DNA from: Pyrodictium sp.
GTDB taxonomy: Archaea > Thermoproteota > Thermoprotei_A > Sulfolobales > Pyrodictiaceae
Direction: 5' to 3'
Length of the DNA: 60,713 nucleotides
NCBI GenBank assembly: GCA_015662475.1
Contig: DQUB01000055.1
Span: 1 to 60,713 of the forward strand
Position 1 is the stretch's first letter, and each line of letters begins with the position of its first letter. The notes under the pieces were generated by a model. It worked only from the letters and a program-made list of their open reading frames with translations, did not search any database and had not been told where the DNA came from. Positions 47,187-57,911 of the stretch are shown in pieces. Made by a program: the position numbers and the translations under genes.

Positions 47187-48116
47187 TCAGGTGGACTTTC
47201 CAACTTTTTCGCTCATGGCTTTTAAAAGATCGCGTGTAGTAATTATCATTTTCTCTTCTCCATCTGTTCGACTAGTCAGCACTACAGCACGTTCTGGGAG
47301 CAGTGTAACAAGTTCTGCGATAGTGCCAAGTTCTATGTCTGCTGGTAGTATTGTAGCTGGTCTTGTATACTTCTCTAGTTTCTCTAGTAGTGTTCCTTCT
47401 AATGGTCTTCGTACTATGGCTAGTAGCAAGTTATTGATATCAATTATATCTGTTGAGCGACTTCTTTCCAGTAGTACATGTCTTATTCTTTCTTCAACCA
47501 TGATGGCAAGTGCGTCAAGTAGGGTTGGTTTATCGTCTATAGAGAGTGTTAGAGGGTCTGCTGTGGCATACCTTTTTGCAGGTCTTATATCGCCGATGAG
47601 GTGTATGGCAAGCATGGTCTCCTCGTAGCAATTGATAAGTTTTCCTGTGTTATCGACTACTGGTAGTAAACCGATTCTATTCAAATACATTAGTTTAGCT
47701 GCTTCCGCTATGCTTACAAACCTTGTAAGTGCTATGGCAGGTTTTCTAGCAATTCTACCCACAGGTATTGAAAGCCACTTTCTCAGAACCCTTTCCTCCA
47801 AAAAACCTTCATTCTCATGTATTTCGAGAAGTTTTGCAGCGATATCGCGTGGTGATAATACGCCATGTACGGTTAAATTTTTGTCAACAACTACTAGGTG
47901 GTAAACTGCTTCTAAAGCGAGAAGTCTAATAGCTTTGCCTAGAGTAGCACTAACGTCTATATGTGGACAGAATATCGTCGACCCCTCCTTAATAGTGTAG
48001 AGAATGAGTACTAAATACTTGTGCAAAGCTGAGAAGAGAGGGGGTATGAGCGTGAACATAGATGTAGAAAAAGTTGTTAGAAAACATGTTCGGGAAGGTG
48101 AAGGGTTTGTTGACAT
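47187..48116 (-). CDS. CBS-domain protein (two CBS pairs)
   Basis: Repeated CBS-like segments (HLVVVDKNLTVHGVLSPRDI, LLPVVDNTGKL and others). The start is uncertain: candidates are 48116, ATG 48059 and TTG 48026. Confidence 0.7.
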   Translation of the reverse strand: MSTNPSPSRTCFLTTFSTSMFTLIPPLFSALHKYLVLILYTIKEGSTIFCPHIDVSATLGKAIRLLALEAVYHLVVVDKNLTVHGVLSPRDIAAKLLEIHENEGFLEERVLRKWLSIPVGRIARKPAIALTRFVSIAEAAKLMYLNRIGLLPVVDNTGKLINCYEETMLAIHLIGDIRPAKRYATADPLTLSIDDKPTLLDALAIMVEERIRHVLLERSRSTDIIDINNLLLAIVRRPLEGTLLEKLEKYTRPATILPADIELGTIAELVTLLPERAVVLTSRTDGEEKMIITTRDLLKAMSEKVGKST

Positions 48117-48381
48117 AGAAGTTTATGTGAAGTTTGAGTCTAGTGAAACAAAACTTGTTGTAGAAGGTGACGACCTAGTATTCTATACAGATGAGCCACC
48201 GTTACAAGGTAGAGCTAATGCATCACTTATACAGTATCTCTCGAAAGTTCTACGTTTACCCCCCTCTAAAATCGACATAGTGTATGGTGTGAGAGAAAAG
48301 CTAAAGAGAGTTAGAATATATGACGTTGATTTTGAACAAGTAGTTGAGAAGCTGGTAGCGGTTCTAAAGGGAGGTACGTAG
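48046..48381 (+). CDS. DUF167 (YggU/UPF0235) family protein
   Basis: PLQGRANASLIQYLSKVL...IDIVYGVREKLKRVRI matches the DUF167 pattern. The ORF is open from 48004, but ATG 48046 avoids overlap. Confidence 0.75.
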   Translation: MSVNIDVEKVVRKHVREGEGFVDIEVYVKFESSETKLVVEGDDLVFYTDEPPLQGRANASLIQYLSKVLRLPPSKIDIVYGVREKLKRVRIYDVDFEQVVEKLVAVLKGGT

Positions 48382-48387
48382 CAAGCC

Positions 48388-50361
48388 TTGCACACAGAGA
48401 AGGTGTATGATGTTTCTCCTCCCAAGCTCATAGGCAGAACTGTACATGCAGTTCTAACCTCCTATAACATCGATGTTGATCCTCTGGTAGTGGAGCGTAG
48501 TGTGTCAGAGATACCGAGAAGTTATGGTGGCGACTATGGTATCCCTATAATGAGGTTTCTTAGACAAGTCAAGGATAGTCAGGAAAAGAACAAGATTGTC
48601 AACGAGATAATCGAAAGATTGAAGAGTGAGCCAACAGTTAGAAATGCAGTGTTTGTGCGAGGCTACATAAATGTTGACTTAGACGTAAGCAGTCTTGCTA
48701 AAATAGTGTTTGAAGCTGTAAGGCATGATGGGAAAGAGTATGGCTATGTCAAAACTAGTCGCCCACAACGAATAGTGGTTGAGCATACTAGTGCAAATCC
48801 AGTACATCCACTCCATATAGGCCATGCTAGGAACATGAGTTTAGGAGATACGCTAGCAAAACTATTGAGAGCTAGAGGACACAAAGTCCAAACAAGATAC
48901 TATATCAACGATGCTGGTCGTCAAATGGCAGTCCTGGTATATGGTATAAAGATGCTTGGTAGCTACTCTCCTCCTAAGAATGTAAAGATAGACCATTGGC
49001 TAGGTCTTGTATACGCTATAACGCACACATTGGTTGACGTCTTGACGCTTAAAAAAGAAGTTGAAAGGTTGCGTGAGAAGGGAGGAGAAGAGTATCGGGA
49101 GAAACTATCAGAGCTAGATAAGCTAATGGCTGTCCTCGCAAGACTTCGAGAACGTGATCCAGCACTCTTTGATAAGCTGGCACAAGCCATATCGTCTGAT
49201 CCAAATCCCGAAGAGAGTATAGCTGAGATAATGAGGAAGTACGAGTTTAGAACAGATGAAGAGATAGTTAAGCTCACAAGAAGGATTGTAGAGGATTGTT
49301 TGAAGGGGTTCAAAGAGACAATGAGGAGAATGGGAGTTGATGTAGAGGTTTGGGATTGGGAAAGCGATTTAATATGGTCAAGCATGGTTGCAAAAATACT
49401 TGAGGAAGCGAGAAAATCACCCTACTTCACAATACATAAAGGCGCACCAGCTCTAAATCTAGCTAGTCTACAGGAAGACCCTGAAATAGCGGAAAAATTG
49501 GAACTACCTAAATCGTTCAAAATACCTTCACTAATACTCGCTAGAAGCGATGGCACAACTCTCTACACAACTCGAGACATAGCTTATACGATAAAGAAGT
49601 TCCGAGAGTTTAAAGCTGACAAGGTAATCAATGTGATAGCTGCAGAACAAAGACTAGAACAGTTGCAAGTAAGACTAGCACTTATAGCTCTAGGCTACAA
49701 ACACGAAGGCTTCAACCTCATACACTATGCCTACGAAATGGTGTCAATTCCGGGCATGAGTATGAGTGGGCGTAGGGGAGAATACATAACGTTAGACGAA
49801 CTCATAGAAGCAGCGATAAAGAGAGCAAGAGAGGAGGTAGATAAGAGACAGCCAGATCTACCAGAAGATGAGAGGCAAAAGATAGCAGAAGCAGTAGGGA
49901 TAGGCGCTGTAAGATATAGCCTAGTCTCAGTAGCAGCACAGAAACCATTGACGTTTAACCTAGAAGAAGCATTAAACTTTGAAAGAAATAGTGCACCATA
50001 CATACAATATACATATGCAAGAGCTCACAACATACTTGCTAAGTATGGCAAGCCTATACCATGGGACCAGATAGACTATAGTGCTGCAGAAGAAAACGAG
50101 CTGAGAAGAACATTAGTGATACAAGCATCGATGTTCCCATACATCTTCGCAAAAGCGGCAGATGAGCTAAAACCAGAGCTATTAGTAGCATACATAAACA
50201 GGCTAGCCGATGTATTCAACAAATGGTATCCACAAGACCATGTAATAAGAGAACCTGATGAGGGGAAAAGAGCGTTCAAATTAGCGCTAACTAAGACTGT
50301 GGAAACAATACTTGAGAACACGATGAGAATACTAGGAATACCTGTACTAGAACGCCTATAA
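48388..50361 (+). CDS. argS: arginyl-tRNA synthetase
   Basis: HTSANPVHPLHIGHARN (HIGH), MSGRRGEY region and a C-terminal anticodon-binding domain. TTG start. Confidence 0.95.
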   Translation: MHTEKVYDVSPPKLIGRTVHAVLTSYNIDVDPLVVERSVSEIPRSYGGDYGIPIMRFLRQVKDSQEKNKIVNEIIERLKSEPTVRNAVFVRGYINVDLDVSSLAKIVFEAVRHDGKEYGYVKTSRPQRIVVEHTSANPVHPLHIGHARNMSLGDTLAKLLRARGHKVQTRYYINDAGRQMAVLVYGIKMLGSYSPPKNVKIDHWLGLVYAITHTLVDVLTLKKEVERLREKGGEEYREKLSELDKLMAVLARLRERDPALFDKLAQAISSDPNPEESIAEIMRKYEFRTDEEIVKLTRRIVEDCLKGFKETMRRMGVDVEVWDWESDLIWSSMVAKILEEARKSPYFTIHKGAPALNLASLQEDPEIAEKLELPKSFKIPSLILARSDGTTLYTTRDIAYTIKKFREFKADKVINVIAAEQRLEQLQVRLALIALGYKHEGFNLIHYAYEMVSIPGMSMSGRRGEYITLDELIEAAIKRAREEVDKRQPDLPEDERQKIAEAVGIGAVRYSLVSVAAQKPLTFNLEEALNFERNSAPYIQYTYARAHNILAKYGKPIPWDQIDYSAAEENELRRTLVIQASMFPYIFAKAADELKPELLVAYINRLADVFNKWYPQDHVIREPDEGKRAFKLALTKTVETILENTMRILGIPVLERL

Positions 50362-50391
50362 ACAACCACTACAAAACATCGTTGGGGAGAA

Positions 50392-50469
<78 letters not shown>

Positions 50470-50496
50470 CGCCACCGCTCTTAAACCACTACATCT

Positions 50497-51159
50497 TCAA
50501 GATTCTTTTATGAGTCTGCCATCTTCTAGAATAAATGTATGGTCTATTGAAAGGCCTTTCAACACAACATCGTTGTGTGTTGTTATGACAAAACCTGTAC
50601 CACGCGATCTAAATAATTCTAGCAGTTCTACGAGCTTTTTCCTCTTCTGTCTATCAAGATGTGCAAATGGCTCATCTAGAAAAGCTATTTTTGGCTCTAA
50701 CACGAGTGCTCGCATTATCGAGACTAGCTGTGCTTCGCCTGCTGAAAGACTTTTCGAATCTCTATTAGCAAGATATGTTATTCCTAGCTCGTTAAGCATC
50801 CTTTCTGCTCTCCATACGGCTTCATCAGCTTTTATGCCTCGGATTATGAGTCCGTAGGCGATGTTATAGATTACTGATCCTCGTAGAAGAATTGGCCTCT
50901 CGTGCACATAGACAACTTTTCGTCTGAGCAAGAGCCTTCTACTCTTATCCAGTTCCCAAAAATTCTCGCCATTGACTAGAACTTTGCCTTTGCATGGTTT
51001 GTAGAGAAGTGCTGCTACTTTAAGTAAAGTCGTTTTACCACTTCCATTTGCCCCCATAACTATGTACGTTTCTTGTGGCTTAAAGGATATGGATATGTTC
51101 TTTAGGACCCACCCCCCTCTATTCGAATATCTAAACCAAACATCTATTAGCTCTATCAT
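50497..51159 (-). CDS. tupC: ABC transporter ATP-binding protein (tungstate uptake, TupC-like)
   Basis: Walker A GANGSGKTT, signature LSAGEAQ, Walker B AFLDEPFAHLD. Overlaps the permease gene by 4 nt. Confidence 0.8.
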   Translation of the reverse strand: MIELIDVWFRYSNRGGWVLKNISISFKPQETYIVMGANGSGKTTLLKVAALLYKPCKGKVLVNGENFWELDKSRRLLLRRKVVYVHERPILLRGSVIYNIAYGLIIRGIKADEAVWRAERMLNELGITYLANRDSKSLSAGEAQLVSIMRALVLEPKIAFLDEPFAHLDRQKRKKLVELLELFRSRGTGFVITTHNDVVLKGLSIDHTFILEDGRLIKES

Positions 51160-51797
51160 TGTAAAGTCAACCTCTTCAACAACCTCAAAACAATTGAAAT
51201 TGTGATTGTAATGACTACTAGCACTGTTCCTAGAGCAATGGCCTTTTCAAACTCTCCTTTAGAAACTTCAAGCGCTATTGCAGTGGTTAGAACCCTAGTG
51301 TAGCCTCGTATGTTTCCACCTACAATCAATGCTATACCAAGCTCGCCTATAGCTCTTGAAAAACCCATGATAATTGAAGCCAGTATTCCTGGAAGAGATT
51401 CTCTCAATGTTAAAAGCATGGCTTGTCTCTCGCTTGCACCCAACGTCAATGCTAACTCGCCGTAAGTATCTACAACATTTCTCAACACTCTATAACTGGT
51501 TGATATTATGAGTGGTGTTATGAGTATAGCTTCACCAACTACTATTGCTTGTGGGGTATAGAGCATGTGGAGGAATCCGAGAGGACCAGAACTGCTAAGC
51601 AGGAGGTATAAGAGTAAACCTATGAGCACTGTAGGGATACCAACAACAGCCTCCACCACGGATATTACGAGTTCAGACCTACACCGTGTTGCTAGAATAT
51701 AGGCTATAGGTATGCTCCAGCTAGATGCAAGAAGTGTAGCAGATCCAGAGACCGTTATCGATCTAATAGTTATCTCTACCACTTCACTATCTACCAT
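51156..51797 (-). CDS. tupB: ABC transporter permease (TupB-like)
   Basis: About 5-6 TM segments and an EAA-like loop LGASERQAMLLTLRESLPGI. Confidence 0.8.
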   Translation of the reverse strand: MVDSEVVEITIRSITVSGSATLLASSWSIPIAYILATRCRSELVISVVEAVVGIPTVLIGLLLYLLLSSSGPLGFLHMLYTPQAIVVGEAILITPLIISTSYRVLRNVVDTYGELALTLGASERQAMLLTLRESLPGILASIIMGFSRAIGELGIALIVGGNIRGYTRVLTTAIALEVSKGEFEKAIALGTVLVVITITISIVLRLLKRLTLQ

Positions 51798-51802
51798 TTA
51801 GT

Positions 51803-52702
51803 CTATCCCCTCGAAAGCTTTAACCACACCTTGTAGAGGTAAGACTCTTTGCTCTTGGCTGGATAGAAGAGGGGTTGACCATATTTGTCAATGCCGTATT
51901 GGCCTATAAGCTCTTGGTTGTTGTATATGAAATCGGCAAATAGTTCAGCATATCTACGCTCTTCGCCAGTACACGACTTTACTATGTAGATGCTATAGAT
52001 GTTTATGAGTTCTGTATCGTTTGAGTATAAGATTTCGAGATTTGGTAGTCTACCATCCCTCTTCAGCTTAAGATACGTTCCTATATCGCTAAGAGTGTAG
52101 GCTTTAAGCTCATTAGCTATAATCAAGGTTTGGGCCATGCCTGCACCGCTTTCCCTATACCAGGGTTTGCCTCGCGGATCTAGGCCAGCAAGACTCCATA
52201 TCGACATTTCCCTAACATGTGTTCCAGAATAATCTCCACGACTAACAAACATCGCTTTTCCCTGCTCTCCTGCAGCATAGATCTTCATGAAAACCTCAAC
52301 AACATTACCTGAACCTCTCACTCTTGCAGGATCATCTTGAGGTCCCACTACTACAAAGAAGTTGTAAGCTATAATCCTATGCTGCTCTAGAACCCCCTTT
52401 TCAACATATTCTCTTTCAAGGCTTGGAGCGTGGACAAATACCATGCACGCATCTCCTTTAGCAGCTCTTTTCAGTGCTTCACCACTACCAACAGCTATAA
52501 AGTCAATCCTTACATTCACATTTGGGTATTGTCTGTAGAATTGCTCGGCTAAATAGTCTAGCAAACCAGTTGCATACAAGCTTGTAGTTGTTGCTACACG
52601 AACTCTAACAAGCTTATCAGATTGCATGTATAAAAATACGTTCACAGCAACTATAATAGCAGCAACAGCGACGAGAGCAATTAAATATTTGGATCTTTTC
52701 AC
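51803..52702 (-). CDS. tupA: tungstate-binding protein (TupA-like), N-terminal membrane anchor
   Basis: VATTTSLYATGLLDYL contains the TTTS anion-binding signature of TupA. GTG start. Confidence 0.8.
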   Translation of the reverse strand: MKRSKYLIALVAVAAIIVAVNVFLYMQSDKLVRVRVATTTSLYATGLLDYLAEQFYRQYPNVNVRIDFIAVGSGEALKRAAKGDACMVFVHAPSLEREYVEKGVLEQHRIIAYNFFVVVGPQDDPARVRGSGNVVEVFMKIYAAGEQGKAMFVSRGDYSGTHVREMSIWSLAGLDPRGKPWYRESGAGMAQTLIIANELKAYTLSDIGTYLKLKRDGRLPNLEILYSNDTELINIYSIYIVKSCTGEERRYAELFADFIYNNQELIGQYGIDKYGQPLFYPAKSKESYLYKVWLKLSRG

Positions 52703-52769
52703 CTTCCTACACCTCAGACTAAGTCTGTGCCCAAAACTAGTTAGCTATGCATCCGACAACTATTTATCT

Positions 52770-52797
52770 GTTATCCGAAGTCGGATAACGGATAAAC
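52770..52797. promoter_or_regulatory. candidate operator in the tupA / modE-like divergent promoter
   Basis: Perfect inverted repeat GTTATCCG-aagt-CGGATAAC followed directly by a third half-site GGATAAAC. TATTTATC lies just upstream. Confidence 0.35.
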
Positions 52798-52861
52798 TCG
52801 CCCATAGGCAGTTTGAAGGATTCTAGAGGGTATCGAAATTTTAACCTTAGCTCCTCATATA

Positions 52862-53944
52862 ATGGTTAATGGTGTAAGATTGTGGAAACAAGGTTTGCGT
52901 TTTAGAGAGAAGTTGGAGATGGTGATAGGAAACCAAGTTGTCCTAGATGATAGAATAGCGTTGTTATTGAAGCTTATCGATAGAAAAGGTTCTCTGTTGC
53001 GTGCTGCTAAAGCTGTTGGCATGTCATATTCTAGAGCTTGGGAAGCAGTAGCCCGTATTGAAAGATTGTTGGGTGTGAAGATTGTAGAAAGCCAGCGTGG
53101 TGGTAGTAGAGGTGGAGGTAGTAGGTTGACGGAGGAAGGTAGGAAGCTTGTAGAGTTGTTTGAGAAAGAGTATAGGCGTAGGTTTAAACGTCAACTTGAA
53201 GATCTTGGAATGGAGGCAAACGTTGTTGAAGATCTGATCTATGCTGGCAGCCACGACATACTCTTAGAAAGAGTGTTTGGCTTGCTTTCCGAAAAGGGTG
53301 TTAAGGTTGAGGTAAACTGGATAGGTTCTATGCGTGGTCTAGCTGCTGTATTGTTAGAGGAAGTAGACGTTGCCGGCATACACATCTATGATCCTTTCGA
53401 AGACCACTATAATCTCCCAATACTTGAGAGAATGGGTGCATCATCAAGCTTAGCTATAATCTGCGGCTATAAGAGGCTTATAGGTGTAGCAAGTAGGGCA
53501 AAGATGTCACTGGAAGAAGCTCTTGAAGGTTTGGTTGAAGGGAGATTCACACTAGCAAACCGACTATGGGGGTCAGGAACAAGAATGTTGTTGGAAACTC
53601 TTCTCATGCAGTGGGCTAGAAAGAGAAGAGTCGATCTACGAGAGTTACGCAACCAAATAAAGGGGTATGTGAAAGAAGTAGAAACACATCTTGAAGCAGC
53701 AAGTCTTGTTGCAAGCGGAAAAGCTGATCTTTGCATAACAATAGAACCTGTAGCCAAACTCTACAACCTACACTTTACACCTGTAAAATGGGAGTATTTC
53801 GACTTTGTAATACCCAAGAGGAAATTGGAGAAGAAACCTGTAAGACTATTCATAGATGTGTTGAAAAGCAATTGGTTTAAAGAACTTGTAGAGGGTGCAG
53901 AGGGTTACGAGCCTAGAGAATGCCTCGGATCCATACTAAACTAA
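52862..53944 (+). CDS. ModE-type HTH regulator fused to a periplasmic-binding-protein-like domain
   Basis: GSLLRAAKAVGMSYSRAWEAVARIERLLGVKIVESQRGGSRGGGSRLTEEG is a ModE N-terminal signature. The C-terminal ~230 aa are PBP-like rather than Mop/TOBE. Confidence 0.8.
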   Translation: MVNGVRLWKQGLRFREKLEMVIGNQVVLDDRIALLLKLIDRKGSLLRAAKAVGMSYSRAWEAVARIERLLGVKIVESQRGGSRGGGSRLTEEGRKLVELFEKEYRRRFKRQLEDLGMEANVVEDLIYAGSHDILLERVFGLLSEKGVKVEVNWIGSMRGLAAVLLEEVDVAGIHIYDPFEDHYNLPILERMGASSSLAIICGYKRLIGVASRAKMSLEEALEGLVEGRFTLANRLWGSGTRMLLETLLMQWARKRRVDLRELRNQIKGYVKEVETHLEAASLVASGKADLCITIEPVAKLYNLHFTPVKWEYFDFVIPKRKLEKKPVRLFIDVLKSNWFKELVEGAEGYEPRECLGSILN

Positions 53945-54003
53945 ATTTGATAGAGTCTTGGAAAAATAGACGTTGATTTTGATGGTTAGGGAATGTAATT
54001 CTG

Positions 54004-54081
<78 letters not shown>

Positions 54082-54086
54082 ACCCA

Positions 54087-54791
54087 TCACTTCTTCCATG
54101 CACGATAGGCTGCCTCAACCATCTCTCTAATCTTCTCTTCTGGGTTTTTAGCCTTCATTATTGCAGAGGCTACTAGTACTCCTGCTGCACCTAGTTTTAT
54201 TGCTACTTCTACATCTTCACCTTGGCTTATACCTGCTCCAGCCAATACTGGGATGTCAGGGTTTACTCGGTGCACGGTTTTGATAGTATTTACGATTATT
54301 TCTGGTCTAGCTTTAGAGACAGGAATACCTGTGCCTATGAGCTCTGGTGGTTCTATTGCAATGTATGTTGGTGATATAACGGCTATGGCAGCTGCAACGG
54401 AGGGTGTGTCTGCACATACAAGTGTTTCCATGCCCAATGTCATTGCTTTCTGGACTAGCCAATCTATATCGCTCACTTTCAAACGATGCTCGCTATGGTT
54501 TAGAAGTGTGCCTTTAGCTCCAGCAGCCTTGATAGCCTCTAAGGGTATGTATCCGGTATGAGCGCCTGGTTCTACAGGATCAGCATGCTGTGCATAGACT
54601 TTAACGTTTTCGACAACTTCCGATACTCGTACAAGCTCTGTAGCAGGTACAGCAAGAATTATTGATACAGCTTCACCATACTCTCCAGCAATCTTGTCAG
54701 CAGCCAAAGCAATAGCTAAGCCTTTGTCGGCAAAAGCTGTTGGATAAACTTTATAGTTTATGGCGAGTATGGGAGCTGTTTCTGAACTCAT
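54087..54791 (-). CDS. tpiA: triosephosphate isomerase, archaeal short type
   Basis: INYKVY, LLNHSEHR, IAIEPPELIGTG and GAGI motifs. About 230 aa. Confidence 0.9.
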   Translation of the reverse strand: MSSETAPILAINYKVYPTAFADKGLAIALAADKIAGEYGEAVSIILAVPATELVRVSEVVENVKVYAQHADPVEPGAHTGYIPLEAIKAAGAKGTLLNHSEHRLKVSDIDWLVQKAMTLGMETLVCADTPSVAAAIAVISPTYIAIEPPELIGTGIPVSKARPEIIVNTIKTVHRVNPDIPVLAGAGISQGEDVEVAIKLGAAGVLVASAIMKAKNPEEKIREMVEAAYRAWKK

Positions 54792-54868
54792 GACTCTACG
54801 CCATGAGGTAATTAGGGTAGGATTTTGGGAACCTTTTAGAGTTTAAAGAAAATGGGTGTTGATTTAGG

Positions 54869-56029
54869 CTATTCGCTGTGAGAACTAGGCTTCTTCACAT
54901 GTACCTTGTATCTCCTTTCCTCCTTCACAAACCTATTTTGCAGCTTCTCTAGCACTTGTGGTAGTGTTGTATACTCCATCTCTTCTGGGCCTAGACGATG
55001 TGGCATGAATGGCCCGTGTCTTCTAATGTAGTCTGCTACTTGTTGAGCTAATCTTCTTGTCTCGTCAAAGGCTGGATCGTCGAATAGGTCTACTGGGCCT
55101 ATCAATCTACCCTTTGACACTTGGAAGCCTAGAGCTACTATCCTAGGTGGTCCGTCGAAACGTGTACACTTGGCATCTCGAAGTCCGACGGGCATTAGTG
55201 GGCCGAAGTGGCTACCTCTCATCCATCCAGCAACTAGATGTGGAAATGCAAAGGGTTCTAGTATTTCGCCGATAGCTGGAAAGCCTGATTGTGCTCTGAC
55301 AATTGCTACTGGATCATCTTTGCCCACATATCTGCCAGCGATCAGATTCAACCTCTCAACACTTACTACAGCTGCTATTTCGTTGTCTGACTTCCTATAA
55401 ACCCTCCTTATGATGTAGCGTCCTTGTGTGCCGATTAGTGCTAGTATATCGTACATTTCTTCCGGCGCGTTTAAAACAACGTAGCGTCCTTCATACACAT
55501 CATATATCTCGAATTTGAATCCATCATGTAGTCTTGGGTCAATCACCAAACCTGCAGTGTTGAATGGATCTGCAAATATTCTGAAGAGTGGTAGGTTGAA
55601 TGCACCTGGCTCTGTCTTGTCAGCCATGAATATGACTATTGGCTCGCTTGGCCTTTCAACAATCTCCATTTCTGCAACGCCGGGACCAAGACCTCGGACG
55701 TTGCCGGAAAACGCTTCAGCTAATAGGTCTTGGCCAGCTGCATACAGACCAAGCTCTCTAGCAACTTCGGCAGCTTTCTTGAAAGCTTCCCAAGCAAGTT
55801 CGTGAATCTCTGGACTATCAACACCTTTTCTATGCGTCATTATCAACTCTAAATCGTCGCCTACATGTGTCACGTAAAAGTCTATGATTAGACCTTTTCT
55901 TTTTGCTTCGGCTAGTATTTTTGCTGCTGCAGCCATTGTGTCTGGGTGAACCTTGTGGTGGCCAGCAATACTGCCAATATCGGCTTTAATTACGCTGATA
56001 GTCGTCTTTTCTTTCTCTTTCTCTGACAC
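54869..56029 (-). CDS. fbp: fructose-1,6-bisphosphate aldolase/phosphatase (class V FBPase)
   Basis: ISVIKADIGSIAGH, VTHVGDD, MADKTEPGAFN and GWMRGSHFGPLMPV blocks characteristic of the archaeal enzyme. Confidence 0.95.
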   Translation of the reverse strand: MSEKEKEKTTISVIKADIGSIAGHHKVHPDTMAAAAKILAEAKRKGLIIDFYVTHVGDDLELIMTHRKGVDSPEIHELAWEAFKKAAEVARELGLYAAGQDLLAEAFSGNVRGLGPGVAEMEIVERPSEPIVIFMADKTEPGAFNLPLFRIFADPFNTAGLVIDPRLHDGFKFEIYDVYEGRYVVLNAPEEMYDILALIGTQGRYIIRRVYRKSDNEIAAVVSVERLNLIAGRYVGKDDPVAIVRAQSGFPAIGEILEPFAFPHLVAGWMRGSHFGPLMPVGLRDAKCTRFDGPPRIVALGFQVSKGRLIGPVDLFDDPAFDETRRLAQQVADYIRRHGPFMPHRLGPEEMEYTTLPQVLEKLQNRFVKEERRYKVHVKKPSSHSE

Positions 56030-56093
56030 GTTCTTACACCGGTAGAGTATGGTTAGGTTGGTTGAGAGTAGAAGAATTCTACGCTTTTCGCAA

Positions 56094-57911
56094 TTACTCA
56101 GCCTCTTTTTCGGAGGGTCTAGGAATGTAGTAGTATTGGCCTATCCTCTTCTGCAATCTGTCCAAATAGCTATCCTCCTTATTTATGCGCGGTCTTCCAG
56201 TCTCTGGATCCTTTCTTATAGTCACGCCAAGTTCTTTAAGGAACAAGTTCATAGCATCTTTAAGATTCATAGGCTTGCTCGCATAGCCCTCGAAACCAGG
56301 TTTACCTCTAAACACCATTATTCTACTAGCTAGATAGTCTTGAACTGCAATATCATGTTCAACAACAAGTGCTGCAACACCACGTGTTTCGGTAAGTCTT
56401 TTAATCGTTTTTGCAACAGCTAATCTCTCCTCCACATCAAGGTAGGCAGAAGGCTCGTCAAGAAGATATACATGAGCTTCTTTTGCTAATGTGTAAGCTA
56501 TGGCTACTTTTTGCAGCTCGCCGCCACTAAGCTCGTCAATTCTACGATCTAGTAATTTGTCGAGTCTTAGTCTCTTGACGAGTTCTACGTAGAGCCAACT
56601 TCCAGGTGTTAAGACGCTAGGATTGGCTTCGCGAAGCACATTTTCAACGGTCTTTTCCTCCCCAAAGAGCTCTGGTGACACATACTGTGGCTTATAGCTC
56701 ACCTTTAGATTCGGCAAGGGTTTCTCTACATCTCCTCTTTCTGGCTTCAATTCGCCAGCTAGTACACGTACAAATGTTGTTTTCCCTATACCATTGGGGC
56801 CTAAAATGCCTAGTACTTCGCCTTCGTATAGTTCGCCAGCTTCTACTTCAAGTTTGAAAGCGCCAAGTTTTACACTTAACTTTGACCAGCTAAGATACCT
56901 TTTACCGGTTACAGGCGTTGTGTCTGTGAGGGTCAACTGGTATCTTATTGGCTCGCTTCTTATCCTCATGTTCTCTGCAGGCAGGTAGCCGTTTAAGAAG
57001 TTGTTTATGCCTACTCTAACACCATATGGTTTAGAGGCAATACCATATGTGCCAGGCTCACCAAACATTATCACGACATAGTCTGAGAGGTAGTCGAGCA
57101 TAGCTATATCATGTTCAACAACTACTACGTAGCGGTTCTTGGGTATAAAGGAGCGAATAGCTCTTGCAACTCTCACTCTCTCACGAACATCTAGATAGCT
57201 TCCAGGCTCGTCGAAAAGGTATATGGTTGCATCTTTCGAAATAACAGCTGCAACAAGGAATTTTTGGAGTTCACCACCACTAAGCTTCCTAACATCTCTA
57301 TCCCAGAGAGCATTTAGTCCTAAAAACTTGGCAACATCTTTAACAACTCCACGCTCATCAGCAATCTCTAAGAGTTTGCCAACAGGACCTTTAATCTTGC
57401 GTGGTACTAGGTCTACATATTGTATCTTATGTGCAGCTCTAATTTTTCCATCAGCAAGCTTTTTGAAGTAGGTTTGAATTTCGCTACCTCTAAACCTCCT
57501 TATAATCTCGTCCCAAGAAGGCTCACGTTCAAGCCCAAGGTTTGGCTTCATTTCGCCAGCGAGAATCCTTATCGCTGTCGTTTTACCAGTACCATTCTTG
57601 CCTATTATACCAAGTATGCTACCCTCTCTAGGTATTGGAAGCCCATAAAGTTTAAAGCCGTTTGGACCATATCGGTGAACAAGACTCTTTTCCAGTTCAT
57701 CAGGCAAATTGACTATCGAAATTGCCTTGAAGGGGCACTTCTTGACGCAAATACCACAACCAGTACACACCTCTTCATAGATTCTAGCTTTACCTCCAAC
57801 AATTTCAACAGCTTTGTTGCCAGTACGGTTTACGGGGCAAAACCTCGTACACTCTAGATTACACTTACTAGGCCTACAAAGCTCTCTATCAACAACTGCA
57901 ATACGCACCAT
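56094..57911 (-). CDS. ABCE1 / RNase L inhibitor homologue (ribosome recycling ATPase)
   Basis: N-terminal 2x[4Fe-4S] cysteines (CRPSKCNLECTRFCP, CTGCGICVKKCP) followed by two ABC nucleotide-binding domains. Confidence 0.95.
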   Translation of the reverse strand: MVRIAVVDRELCRPSKCNLECTRFCPVNRTGNKAVEIVGGKARIYEEVCTGCGICVKKCPFKAISIVNLPDELEKSLVHRYGPNGFKLYGLPIPREGSILGIIGKNGTGKTTAIRILAGEMKPNLGLEREPSWDEIIRRFRGSEIQTYFKKLADGKIRAAHKIQYVDLVPRKIKGPVGKLLEIADERGVVKDVAKFLGLNALWDRDVRKLSGGELQKFLVAAVISKDATIYLFDEPGSYLDVRERVRVARAIRSFIPKNRYVVVVEHDIAMLDYLSDYVVIMFGEPGTYGIASKPYGVRVGINNFLNGYLPAENMRIRSEPIRYQLTLTDTTPVTGKRYLSWSKLSVKLGAFKLEVEAGELYEGEVLGILGPNGIGKTTFVRVLAGELKPERGDVEKPLPNLKVSYKPQYVSPELFGEEKTVENVLREANPSVLTPGSWLYVELVKRLRLDKLLDRRIDELSGGELQKVAIAYTLAKEAHVYLLDEPSAYLDVEERLAVAKTIKRLTETRGVAALVVEHDIAVQDYLASRIMVFRGKPGFEGYASKPMNLKDAMNLFLKELGVTIRKDPETGRPRINKEDSYLDRLQKRIGQYYYIPRPSEKEAE

